DNA of 57,270 bases from Macrostomum lignano (Eukaryota). The stretch covers positions 61,685 to 118,954 of the forward strand of contig NIVC01003108.1 in the NCBI GenBank assembly GCA_002269645.1, written 5' to 3'. The position numbers and the translations under genes were made by a program. Of this stretch, positions 37,480 to 50,238 are shown one piece after another. Below the pieces are notes generated by a model. The model searched no databases. It was not told where the DNA came from and was given only the letters and a program-made list of their open reading frames with translations. The stretch's first letter is position 1. The number at the start of each line of letters is the position of its first letter.

Positions 37480-40400
37480 ATGAACTGCACTCTGCTGCTG
37501 GGCCTCGCCGTCTGCTGCCTGGCACTGAATAGTCTTGTCCAAGCAATCTCTGCTGATGAGGCTCTTCTAAAAGCAATGGGTCTCAAGTCCATCTACAATC
37601 GAGAGGTTCGCCCGGAGCCAGACCTGGACAATGCCAACCTCATTGACGTGTCATTCAACCTGAACAGGCTGGTTAAAGTGGTACGCTCGGAATCGAACTT
37701 CTGAAACTCTTGCCTGAATAAGGATCTTAGCTCGTACATAAACCAGATTTTTAGATTTTTAATAAAGATTTTCTTAGTTTTTTAGCACTCAAAATCCAAT
37801 ATTCTCCTTCTTTTCTGGATTTTTGCTGGAGTTTGTGCTCCTACTTGGGATCCAAAGGTCAATGACAAACAAGTCATTCATATTCATCGCAAATTCTTTT
37901 CATGCTTTTCAGGATTCCGCTGCTCAAGAAATTATGCTCCAGATGTGGTTCAACTTGGTGAGTCTTCATCCAATAGACTTAGTTGGGTAGGCTCTACAAT
38001 TCCCTCATGAAGATTTGATCGAGCGCAAAGATCTTCGCCCCAAACCCCGGCAGGAGTGGACGGACCCTCGGCTGGCCTGGTTGGGAAAATTCAACTCAAC
38101 TTTCGACAATGTGAGCTCGATATTCGTGCCGGCAGACCTGATCTGGCAGTCCGATGTCGGCTTCTTCGATCTGTGAGACCCTTCTGCATCATTCTTTAGA
38201 GAAACTTTACGAGAACCTGCTGACTTCATCATTTTTAAACAAATTTCCAAGGCCCACGGGCAGTGCATTCAGAAGGATGTACTTGGAACACTTTTAAATT
38301 ATAAAATTATCATCACCTGAAGTCGCTTGATTTAACATTTTCCAATTTTTGGATATGAAACTTTTTCAATGCATTTTGAAATGCTACTACTCATTTTACG
38401 AGTTGTCCTTGTCCGAAATTTAAAGCTTCATTCGCATTCTAGATTGGATTTCAAGCGAACATCAAGTGAGCGAGTAGTTCTTGTTCTGAAAAACAATGGC
38501 ATGGTGCAGTACTCAATCGAGGTTCTCACTCTGTCCAAGTGTGAGATGGACATGGCCGGGTTTCCCTACGACACGCAGACCTGCACTCAGCAGGTGGGCT
38601 CGGCAGTCCAGACAACGGAGACAATCAGGCTCAAGTTGGAAATTCAGAGCGAGAGGGATACTATAACTACCTATTTGGCTAAGAATACCGACTTCTGCAT
38701 TCTGAATGTGACAGCGAAACAGACGGTCGATGTTGAGTACGACAAGATCGACTTTACTATAAAGATCAAGGTGAGTTCAACTATGAAAAAGAAAGCTAAC
38801 TATCTGTTCAGTGCCCAACTGGCTGAGAATATTGGCAAGGGAATAAAAGTATTATCTAAGCCACGAATCAAAGGGCAGAACTGCAACGCGTTTGACTCTC
38901 TCGCGAAAAGTACCTGTCTGGATTCGGTTCCGTGAGCGGTCACACAAATTTTGTGTTGCTATCCGTATGCGTTCTCAAGGTTTTGTGTCCTGGCTGGCTG
39001 TGGGTCAACCGTCATATCGCCTTGATACGGCAGAAATGTTCAAAAAGCCCCGCTAACGAAGTAACGAATGCACCTCAATTAGTCAAAAGCCAAAAAGAGT
39101 CCAATGACAGTAAAAGCACGAAATCTGGCAGCAAGGTGATCGAATTTCAAGAAAATTTCCTTAAAACTCCTGAAATTTAAAAGTCACTGATGGTAACGCT
39201 ACAGAAAATGCTTACTGTGTATTTCAGCGTCGAACCACTTTCTACGTGATGAACCTCATCTTGCCCAGCATCCTCCTGCTCGCCATCTCAACTCTGGCCT
39301 TCTGCCTGCCGCCAGACTGCGGCGAGCGAATCTCGTTCAGCGTCACCATCGTGCTGTCCATGTGCGTGTTCCTGCAGCTCACTAGCAACTACATACCTGC
39401 TCAAAGCAATTCCGTGCCTCTACTCAGTGAGTGCAGCTTCAGCACTTTTTCATTTAGCATCTCTGCTCACTGTCACCCGGATGTAATTTTGCATCAGAAT
39501 AAAATTTTACCCTGAGCCAAGAGTCCTTTTTGGCAGTGATGTTTAAGCGCCGAAGGCAGGTGTTTTTTGGGGACTTGACCAGCTGAGCACCCCCAGACTA
39601 TTTACTCCCCTCACTCGAGCCCATCGCCGCGAGCACTTAATTAACCTGAGGCCTGTTTTGCCAGAGAATAAATACTTCGTGCACAGGCACAGCTACCTTC
39701 TGCTTCTCTACCTTCTGAGTGGCTAACTCCCCCTTGACCTCTGCTGTATGGCTAACTAACAGCTAATGGCAGCTAAGCAATAATCTCAAAGGTAGTGTCC
39801 CAAACTCAATGCCAGGAAACATTTCCGAACACCGAATTTCCTTTTCCGCCAGCCTACTACTGCAGCCTAGCAGTCGGCATGACGATGGTCAATGTTATAG
39901 CGAATGCGTTCGTGTTGAACTGCCACTACCGCCGGCTGACGCAGCCCCGGGTTTCCAACTGGCTGATCCGCCTGCTGTTCCTCAACCGGTTCGTAGCCCG
40001 TCGCAGGCGGCTGTTTGGCATCGATTCGGTGAGCGGTGACGCACTCAGGCCCAGCAATAGCTAAGCATTGCTGTTGGAATAGCACGGATGTGAAAAGTTC
40101 ATGAGGAATAGCTCAAATGCTACCCGATCCCTGGGGCATTGTCTGATTTATTTTTAAGCTAGCTATCTGATATGTGCAAAATCTCCTTATAGCGCACTGC
40201 ATGCGTTTGCTCCAGGCCTATGAAAATGTCAAAAGTGAAATTGTATTTTGCGTAGGAACTTTAGTTCCAAGAGGGTGCCCGCATGTGCACTGGCTAGCAG
40301 TATATATAGTAGATTTGATGTTGTTAGAAATCTACTCTTTGATGGAACAATGCGCACGATGTCTCACGTGTGTGCTTTTATAGTTACCTGAACTTTTGGG

Positions 40401-41303
40401 TACGTAGAAACGGAAAAAGATGATTTTTTCGCAGCAAAGGCCAATAAAGCGATTTAATTTGTCTATGCTAGTTAATTGTTCCAGTGGAACTCCTCCTCTG
40501 GAAGAGAAAGGGGGTGGCACTCCATCGCCAGAATTCCATTCCCTGAAATCCATCAGCCGAAATCCCATGACTTGAATCTTATCTTTCAAATCGTCTCCAA
40601 CTCCTCTATACAACCTTTCAAATACCATATCTTGTTTTCCGTGTTCGCGAAAACTTTATATTAAATGGCCCAGCTACTTAACAAATCCCATACTTTTTTG
40701 TTTGGAGTTTGAAATTGAACTTTGAGCAGCCGTTAAATAGATTTCCAACTAAAAGCCGTATCTTTTCACAATCACATGACAAAATGAGAGTTAGAAAGGC
40801 TTAATTACGCACGTATTTAAAGAGGTAGACTAGTATTGTTGCACGCACTAGGATCACCCGAAACAGTAAAAACCCGACATGGTAAATAAAGCCAGACGGC
40901 CCAACTCAGGCTTCAATCGTTTTGTTTGAGCAATCTCACGCTAGTTAACCAAACAATTTCGTTACAAGTACATGTACTTTTCAGACGAGTTGATGCCTCA
41001 GTCCTCTTTACTGATTTTCAGCGCACCAGAAAGGCCGTCAACGCTCTGGATGGCAGAGCGGAGGGCTGTCAGAAACCTCCGGGCGAGTCAGCTGAAGGCA
41101 AGGACTCGCCATTGCCGGATGCCGCTCCCAGAAGGCTCGACTCGGCTTTCCTGCATTGTCATGACAACGATTGGGATGTTGTAGTCTCAGTCACGGACAC
41201 TGTTTTCTTTCTGCTGTATTTTTTCTTGACCACGGCCATCATCGTGACTCTGGTGATAATCGAGACCAGGAACTCCAAGGTGAACTGCATCACTGGTGAC
41301 TGA
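37480..41303 (+). CDS. Divergent nicotinic-type Cys-loop receptor subunit 1; exons 37480-37680, 37913-37957, 38054-38172, 38443-38770, 39228-39426, 39853-40028, 41022-41303; 449 aa
   Basis: Signal peptide, YNREVRP, WTDPRLAW, IWQSDV, Cys-loop CEMDMAGFPYDTQTC, RRTTFYVMNLILP, LPPDCGERISFSVTIVLS, TM3, TM4; splice phases consistent. Confidence 0.92.
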
Positions 41304-41522
41304 CGTGGGGCAACTTCTCCGACGAGACAATAGAGAAACTAATGACTGACTGATGGAATGAATATTTAAGTTTGATCTATAAGTTTGTCTTCGTTTTGCA
41401 GTGCAGGAGAGAAATTCAGAAATCACTGGCGAACCTGATTACGAATATAAAGAAGATTCGTACATTGCCTATGAGCGTATAGAAAAGGTTATAGTATAAA
41501 GATGCTTACGAGCTATTTTTAT

Positions 41523-41890
41523 TAGATGCAGGGGGCTGTGTGCACCCTGGCGCACTTTAAGCGACATTGTCACACAACCGGCGTGAGGCATTGCTGCCCA
41601 TTCCGCCGACTCCCCTGAGCAGGCACACAAGCGCGGATACCTACGCAGTCATACGCACAGGCACTCACTCACACAGGAGTGTACAGCGGCCCTGACTTTA
41701 TTATCGTTAGGCATGTACACTTCATTGTGCCTTAGAGGTTGGCCCTCAAGGCCGGTTAATTGCACGTGCAGAGCCAAGCCGAGATTCCAATTTAGCCCCA
41801 AATGAATGTGACTGCACTTGGAATCGAGACTGGGCCGCTGGCACATCAGAGCGCCGCGGTCGTCCCCTGCTTACGAGCTTACGAGTGTCC
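41523..41890 (-). mobile_element. tRNA-derived SINE copy (same family as 44631-44925)
   Basis: Reverse complement matches 44631-44925 in both the head (TGTGCCAGCGGCCCAG.CTCGAT.CC) and the tail (GGCTGTGTGCACCCTGGCGCACTT...CCCATTCCGCCGACTCC.CTGAGCAGGCACACAA). Confidence 0.75.
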
Positions 41891-42815
41891 TGCAGTAGTA
41901 ACGGAGACAACCTTCATTTTTGGTTCGACCCGAGCGTCTTTGACCTCTGAGCTACTTTATTTGATTTCGCTGGCCAGCAACACGAAAGTATAAATCGGTT
42001 GCTTGGGTGAGAAATTAGTTTAAAAAATAGCAAAAAAATTGTGTATTTTTGAGGGCTAGACATGCTAAATTTGGTGTCAGGGGCGGGCTGGGGGTTAGGG
42101 ATGATCGCAATGTAGGTAGCGACCTACTCAAACTGACAAGGAAGGATACAACATCATAAGTTTGAACAGCTAAATGTAGGCATTTCGGTTGTTGGTTCGT
42201 CGCAAAGGGACATTTGGCACCGCCGGAAACATTTTTTAATGTATTCATTCATTGTTAACTTCCGGTTAGCAACCAGCCCTCACAATGCTTCCAATTCCCC
42301 CGACGAGTCGGTCCGGAAAATGCTCATGGTTTGGACGAGTATCAAGGCAAATCTGAAAGTAGCTTTATGTCGGACCTGGACGGAAATTGACTGAACTGAT
42401 TTATTTAGTTTAACTGAGTGGACAGTAGTTGTCATGAAAGGGCATTCAGGACAGAATTTCCACTGCCTCCGTAATCCCATTAACTTTATCTGTATTGTTC
42501 CTAATAACTTGGTTGAACAGTTTGAAAATCTTCCAAACATACATCTACCAATGAATCAATTTAAGGACAAAATGTTCCCAGTTGTTTTACTAGATTCCTA
42601 TTCCTAGCTCGAGCCTAACTACAAATTCAAGTACCAGTGCAAGATGAAATGTACCCAGAATGTACGCAAATGTACGAATGTACCGAAGCCCACCACGGAA
42701 TGATTGCTTGAATTTACCACTCCTCTCTCTGCGTCTGATTATTTTGAAGACAGAGCAGCTATCCAGTGAAATTGTACGATTGAAGGCAGCTGAGGAAAAA
42801 ACTCCTTTTGCATCA

Positions 42816-42829
42816 GTTGTCATGGCAAC
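42816..42829. promoter_or_regulatory. RFX X-box-like palindrome GTTGTCATGGCAAC
   Basis: One mismatch from the palindrome GTTGCCATGGCAAC; ~1.4 kb upstream of the receptor 2 ATG. Confidence 0.3.
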
Positions 42830-43477
42830 GAGAGGGTCATAGTTGCTGGTACAACGGAAAAGTTCTTCTTTGTCGTGTTCAGAAACTCATACATGTTGTT
42901 CAAGAGCAAATACAAAATTTGAGTCTTTCGACAAACGTAGCCGAAGAGATCAGGTGAGAATGCATAGGTAGGGACACACTTTAATGTTAAAAAAGTTACA
43001 ATTCATTTTTCTATAGAGCTGTATCAGACTTGTTAAAGCCTCGCTGTTTGCCATCGTCCTTGAGAAACGGAGGCTGTAGAGAACTAGGCAAATACCGCTT
43101 GTAACAGACAGTCTCACTGACATTGTCAGTAAATAAATGGGAAATAAATACGATTGAAGCCCTGTCGAAGCCCTTCGTCAGCATTTCGACAAATATCGGA
43201 GCGCTCCATCAATCGATAGGCCTAAAGTTGAGATCTACGCGGCTCATGGACCTTCGGCTTCCAGGCAAATAATAATCTTTTTATCTCCCATATCCTAAGT
43301 CTAAGTCTAAGAGAGTGCTTGAAAATGTGGCTAATCTTGATCTCAAGACAATCTTGATGTCTGGAACACTATCCGCCAAGCAAAATTTGTACTTGCACAG
43401 TGTAGATATATGCCAAGAGCAACTGTGGTTGTTGATTGCATTAAAACTCTCCTCTGACGGCAACGGCATCTCCGGCG

Positions 43478-43855
43478 GCAGCCTCAGATCGTTTGGCAGC
43501 GGCGGCGCGTTGCCTGACCGCCTGAGGGTGGCGTTGTTCCAGGCGGTGATCGAGACCGTCCTGTTGTACAACGCCGAGACCAATGCGGCACTCTATCACC
43601 GCACCGACCTGTTCCGTCCCAGCGAACTGTTGCGCCATCAGCGACTCCAGCTGGCAGGCCATCATCCGAGCCGAGTCGTACTACCCACAGCCGGTGCAGG
43701 AGGTGCTGTTGCTGACGCTGCAGACACCCTACTATCGACGGGGACAGGTGCACACTCGGCGCTTTGTTGACTGCCTGCTGTCTGATGCCGGCGCCCCGGA
43801 CACTGCCGGCGGTGCGGCCTACGTTCACGCCCAGGCCCTGAAACGCGACCTGTGA
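43478..43855 (+). mobile_element. 5'-truncated non-LTR retrotransposon (RTE-like) 3' fragment
   Basis: RLRVALFQAVIETVLLYNAET and LQLAGH.IRAE resemble the post-RT C-terminus of RTE-type LINEs; frameshifted. Confidence 0.65.
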
Positions 43856-44225
43856 CATTGTCCCACACTTTACTGGCTGACAATGTATTTTGTTATTATA
43901 GTTGTTGTTGTTGAGAGCATTGTAAAAGGGATTCAGGTTTATCTCGCTAGTGACCTCGCAAATAAAGGTCTGACAGACAATTTGTGTTGATTCCAGTCTC
44001 TTTTTGGCCTTGTTTCTCAAGTAGCATCCGTACTTTAACGGCTATAGTCACATTGTTTGAAGAAGGCAAGCAGGAGTGACAGCAAAGAGAGACCCAATGA
44101 GATCCCTTCAGACAGTGTGAGTGGGCCGCATCCTTGAAGCAGATAGTTATTCACGAAATAGTTTCTCCAACACCTTGGCTGCCAGCCAGAACTGAACAGA
44201 ATATAGCGGACTGTGACTCACTAGC

Positions 44226-45898
44226 ATGCTGTGGGCTGCACTATCAAGCTTCATCGCTCTCTTGCTCTGCCGTGCCGCAGCGGCAGCGGCTGCCTCGGCT
44301 TCTCCAGATGAGGCCTTGGAATTGGCGCTGAAACTGAAATCCGCCTACAACAAGGACGCCAGGCCGCCACCTGACAACGGTTCGGCAAACTTGGTGACCG
44401 TCTTTTTCAACCTGAATAATTTGGTTCGAGTGGTGAGCCTCCAATTTTAATGTGTTTGTGAGCCAATATCATTGCTCTGAGCATGTGGTCGAGCTTGGAT
44501 CTTTCCAACCCGCAGGACTCGGCAGCGCAGGAGATCATGCTGCAGGTCTGGTTCAGCCTGGTGAGACTTCTTGTTATTCGATGCGCAGCAATCTCGTAAT
44601 AAAGTCGAAAAATGTCTTATTAAGATTTGGGGGCCGTAGCCTAGTGGGTCTAGCGCGGTGCTCTTATGTGCCAGCGGCCCAGGCTCGATCCCTGTGCGTA
44701 TGAATGCGAACGTATCCGCGCGCTTGTGTGCCAAGGATCACTGTAGTGTACAGGACGAAAAATTCAAAGATTGCGTAATTTTAGGGGGTGCTACAGTGGT
44801 CCTTGTTGTGTGCCTGCTCAGAGGAGTCGGCGGAATGGGCAGTAATGCCTCTCGCCGGTTGTGCGACAATGTTCACCTGAAGTGCGCCAGGGTGCACACA
44901 GCCCCGAGTCCCTGCCTCTAACTAAAAAACTAAACTTATAAATATTTCATCTACGTCGGATGATACGCGACCATTTCATAGGTTAAGTGTATTAGAGCTC
45001 ACAGCAGTAAAATTTACCAACACACAAATATCTCAAGCAACTAGCATTTTTAAAGAAACAACGAGGCTTTGGATGGACGCCTATCTGCAACTGTCAAGTA
45101 TTTACGCTTTTTTCCTTCCCAGTTTTCCACAATATCCGAATCTGCATGATAAGAGTTAAAAAGTAACAAATACAAGAGTTGAGACTCTCATAGATAGCAA
45201 CAACCTTCTAACTACGAGACGATACTTGGGTAAGTGCATTAGCGCTTCCAGCGTATGTAAAAACTATCGATTTTTTCGAATAAATATCTCATGAAAGACA
45301 ATTCAATGGGTTTGCATGGCATCACGGAAGCTTGTTTACGTACTCGTACGTGCCAACACTATTCCCTGCAGTACTGGTTTGACAGCCGCTTGGTCTGGAA
45401 AGGAAAATTCAACTCCAGCTTTGACAACGTGAGCTCCATTTTCGTGCCAGCCGACCTGCTCTGGCAACCCGACGTGGCCTTTTATGACCTGTAAGTTCGT
45501 CCGTACGAACGATTGATGGCACTGATAAATGTAGAGAAGTCACTTGTAGATCACAGACACTATAGTACCTGGATAGGCCACTCAGTACATTTGAGTATAA
45601 ACTTTGAGTTGAGTATGAGATAATTAGAAGCACTTAAATGTAGTTTAGGTCAAGACTCACCCCTAGCCCCTCTCAATCTTCCGACCGCGTCTTTACACGC
45701 TTATTTACGTTTTCATTTTTTTGTCATTTTACGATATCTTTTATTTTCTATGCTTCCTAAATATAAGATATATAATATATAGTATAATTGATTACACCTG
45801 CCACAATAGGCAGATGTGCAACTGACTGCTCAGCTATTTTCAGTCATTGCTATCTGAAGGCGCGTACGGCTATTCAGTCCAAGGAAATGGGAGGGTCG

Positions 45899-45963
<65 letters not shown>

Positions 45964-48521
45964 TAATCAGAAAGGACTTTCTTAAGCTCATTAGCATCGT
46001 AATGAACAATGCATTCTAGTCTGGACCTGCGTCGAACATCCAGCGAAAAGATCGTGTTGGTTGTCAAAAGCGACGGCCTGGTGCAGTACACATCGGAGCT
46101 GCTCACCCATTCCAAGTGCGAAATGAATATGGCTGAGTTTCCTTACGACACGCAGAGCTGTCACCAGCGGGTGTCCTCGGTGGTGCACACGAACGAGACA
46201 ATCGCGTTGCGCATTAGGGAATCGAAACCCGGGGACTCGCTGACGGACTTTCTGGTCAAAAATATCGACTTCTGCATTGTGAACGTCAGTACTGTTAAGT
46301 CCATTGACGTGATCTACGATTTTGTGGAGCTCCGTGTTGATATCAAGGTTCGGACCCAGTTAGAGGTTACATTGGCCCATGAATGCTTGTTTGATGCGGT
46401 CCGTTGGTGATAGATGTCTTTAATGGTGGATGTCTTTGTGATGGATGTCTTTGTGATGGATGTCTCTGTGATGGATGTCTTTGTGATGGATGTCTCTGTG
46501 ATGGATGTCCTTGTGATGGATGTCTTTGATGCATGGATGTCTTTGTGATGGATGTCTTTGATGCATGGATGCCTTTGTGATGGATGTCTTTGTGATGGAT
46601 GTCTTTGTGATGGATGTCTTTGTGATGGATGTCTCTGTGATGGATGTCTTTGTGATGGATGTCTTTGATGCATGGATGCCTTTGTGATGGATGTCTTTGA
46701 TGCATGGATGCCTTTGTGATGGATTTCTTTGATGCATGGATGCCTTTGTGATGGATGTCTTTGTGATGGATGTCTCTGTGATGGATGTCTTTGTGATGGA
46801 TGTCTTTGATGCATGGATGCCTTTGTGATGGATGTCTTTGATGCATGGATGCCTTTGTGATGGATGTCTCTGTGATGGATGTCCTTGTGATGGATGTCTT
46901 TGATGCATGGATGCCTTTGTGATGGATGTCTTTGATGCATGGATGTCTTTGTGATGGATGTCTCTGTGATGGATGTCTCTGTGATGGATGTCTTTGTGAT
47001 GGATGTCTTTGATGCATGGATGCCTTTGTGATGGATGTCTTTGATGCATGGATGTCTTTGTGATGGATGTCTCTGTGATGGATGTCTTTGTGATGGATTT
47101 CTTTGATGCATAACAAGAGGCTGATGGAGTGATCATGCATGCAGATATTTAGATAGCATAGCACTGTACTAGAGCATCTGTGGGCTAGCGAAAAGATGTC
47201 ACATAATGTAGGACTTACTGAGAATTCCAGAATTTTCCATATCTAGCTCAAGGTTCAAATTTTAATGAGAATAATTTTGCATTCATTCTTAACTCCCGAA
47301 AATTATTGACAGCGGAAAACTACGTTTTACATGATGAACCTAATTCTGCCCAGCTTCCTACTGCTCGCCATCTCAACTCTGGCCTTCTGTCTCCCACCGG
47401 AATGTGGAGAGAGATTGTCCCTGAGCATCACCATCGTGCTGTCCATGTGCGTGTTTCTGCAGCTGACTGGAAACTTCACGCCAACACAGGGAGACTCGGT
47501 GCCTCTTCTAAGTGAGTTCTTCGTTTTGCCGCAGTAGAAATGTGTCAAGTGTCATGGGGCTCATGGAGGGCTCATAGGGCAGTTGCTAAGATTTCAAAGG
47601 CTCATAGGGAACTGCAGGAATTCTTGGGCTCATGGAGAATCGATGAAATGCCACGGTTCATGGGGGGAATTGCTGAAATTCTGTGGCTCATGTGTTCAGA
47701 TGCTTTGAGCCAAAGCCCATAGGGGATCTGATCTTTTAGGCTAGATATTCAGGGCGGATGCTTTTTTGGTTCAAACATCATTTTCCTTAAAAGATTGACA
47801 ATAGTGACTGTACAAGGTTAAAAGCCACACGTAGTTTATTCAAAAAAAGATTCTTTCCTTTGTTGCCTCCCCAACGGGGGGGGCAGACGAAATTGCTAGT
47901 TGCAGTCTAAATCTTCTTAAAGAACAGCAGCAGAAAGTGTGTTGCTATTAGAAGAAATTGCTTGCAACATTGCAGCCTGGTACTTCAGCCTCGCGGTGCT
48001 TCTGACCATGGCTAACCTGGTTGCCAATGCCTTCGTTCTGAGCTGCCACTTTGAGCAGTTTTCTGAGAACGCTCGAGTCCCCGGCCGTCTCACTCGGCTG
48101 CTGTTTCTCAATAGGCTCTTCTGCGGCCATCCGTCTCGTACAGAATCTCCGTCGGCACGAAATTCCAATGTGGTGATCGAGCCAACTGCTGCTGAAGTGC
48201 GTGACCAACAATCATTCACTGTGGATTGTTGATTAGCTTTTGCACAGGTGCATGCATTCACATATTTCATTCCAACTCTAGAACACGTACTCCGACGGAA
48301 CGGAACTTCGCGTCATCTCCCAACGAAGGTTAGGAAAAGCCGAATCTGAAACAACGATGCAACACCCAAGTTTCAAAAGTGACTGGAGCGCCGTTGTGAC
48401 CGCCGCTGACCGCTGCTTTTTTGCCTTCTTTTTCTCGTTGACAATGTCGCTAGCGCTGGCGATTGCGATTCTGGATGCCATGAACTCCAAGACCAGCTGC
48501 ATCGTGGGCAAGAATAATTAA
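44226..48521 (+). CDS. Divergent nicotinic-type Cys-loop receptor subunit 2; exons 44226-44432, 44516-44560, 45372-45490, 46020-46347, 47313-47511, 47976-48196, 48282-48521; 452 aa
   Basis: Same exon sizes (45/119/328/199) as subunit 1; CEMNMAEFPYDTQSC, LPPECGERLSLSITIVLS, DWSAVVTAADRCFF. Confidence 0.92.
44631..44925 (+). mobile_element. tRNA-derived SINE copy in receptor 2 intron 2
   Basis: A-box TAGCCTAGTGG, B-box-like GGCTCGATCCC, body shared with 41523-41890, A-rich end. Confidence 0.75.
45900..45960 (+). repeat. (CA)n microsatellite
   Basis: Direct observation. Confidence 0.99.
46425..47110 (+). repeat. 15-bp based minisatellite (TGTGATGGATGTCTT, with TGATGCATGGATG variants) in receptor 2 intron 4
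   Basis: Tandem units. Confidence 0.95.
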
Positions 48522-49328
48522 GAAACTATGGTTCTTGCTAACAAATAGTTTGTTGACTGTCCTCTGAGTCCAGGGTTGCTGTCGGATTCAATCAAGGATG
48601 TTGATTGTATGGTAATAGTTTCTGCCTAAATAATAAGTCCGGCTCCGGGAATAAAAAAGCCACTTTTTGACTCGACAGCTTTGAAAATGTCTTGGCTAAA
48701 CATTTTGCTCATTTTTCAGACAGATTACCGCATCAGATATCCTTTATCAGTGAAAAGCTCTAAAGTATGATTTTCAAAAGACTGTTGAAGTCGCAGTTAG
48801 TAGCAGACGTGTGGTTTTGCACACTTGGTTCTTTCTACTGAAGCCGAGAGCATAAAGTAGAGCGGAACCATGGAAATGGACTTGCTAAACATGTTAGATG
48901 GACACTCTATGTGATAGGAGCAGAGAGAGTAGATCAATGTTTGAGCACCCAAAAGCCTGGAAAACAGTTTCTCTTTTCATACATGCAGTTATGTTGGCCT
49001 CACGCCAATAGTTGGCTTGATCGATACGTGGGTCAGGTTTCTCGCGTGAGCACTATGCGATAAGCAGAGCCGTGAATAAAATAGAGTCCCAGCCATTGTC
49101 TTTCACTCCTGGCTAATTCTCGCTCAGCGCGTCAAATTGATTTGTTCCTGCTAGAATTGATCTTAATTTAATTGAGACCCAATTGGCTACTAGTGCTCTT
49201 AACCTTGCAAAATCGACGGGAAAAGCCTATCACGATCGGGTCTAAGTTGAAAGGAAAGATGCATAAAACGAGTGACGTTAACCCCAGAGTGTCTACACAA
49301 ACATAGCAGCTCAGTCAGACTGAAAACA

Positions 49329-50228
49329 ATGTCATACCAGACTCCCCAAGACTTCATCGTTGCCATTCTGTACTTTGTATCCTTCACTGCCGCTGCGACC
49401 TCGCCTGACGAAGCTCTGTCATTGGCACTGGGCTTGAAGACCAGCTACAACAAGGACGCGCGTCCTCCGCCCGATGCTGGCTCAGCGAATCGAATCGGCG
49501 TTTTCTTTAACCTGAACAACCTCGCCAGGGTGGTCAGATTGATCGCTTTTAATCGTCCTTCATCGGAATAATTGGTTATAGTTACCTGTAGTTACAGCCA
49601 AAAATCAAGGCACACCCCATGGGGTACATCAGCCCCGATTTACTCATTGGCAAGCATGCATATAGCACACTCTGCGCGTTGGATGCTGTCCCTTATGGTC
49701 GTGAATCGCACGACAGGCTCCTGCAGGCCAATTTTTCTGTACGGACCGCAAATAATTAAGCCGCTGTCTGTAAGACACAACAAAATTGTATCCAAGACCA
49801 TTGATGACCGATTTCACTGCCCACAGAACTCAGCGACAGGGGAGATGACTCTGCAAGTCTGGTTTAATTTGGTATGACTAATTTGCAATGAATAAGTTTC
49901 TGTTAAACTTTCCCACCCCGAGGTTGCAGCAGATGTACACATAAAGTGGCCAAGGTAAACTCAACAATTCTGGGTAATTAGAGAAAATTTGAATAAAATG
50001 CTCCTCTAGTTTGGCGTTCCGTCGGACCTCCAGCGACAAAATTGTTCTAGTTGTCGAAAACAACGGCTGGGTGTCGCACACTGCGGAGTTTCTGACCCAG
50101 TCCAAGTGCGCAATGAATATGGCCAGGTTTCCCTACGACACGCAGAGCTGTCGCCAGCTCGTGTCCTCAGTGGTGCACACGAGTGACACCGCTAAGCTGT
50201 TCATTCGTCCAACAAAATCAGCGGACTC
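49329..50228 (+). pseudogene. Cys-loop receptor subunit 3, disrupted: exons 49329-49532, 49827-49871, exon 3 absent, exon 4 from 50010 truncated at 50228 by the Polinton
   Basis: YNKDARPPPD, TLQVWFNL, CAMNMARFPYDTQSC; homology to the paralog stops at GCG GAC TC. Confidence 0.88.
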
Positions 50229-50238
50229 AGTAGTATAT

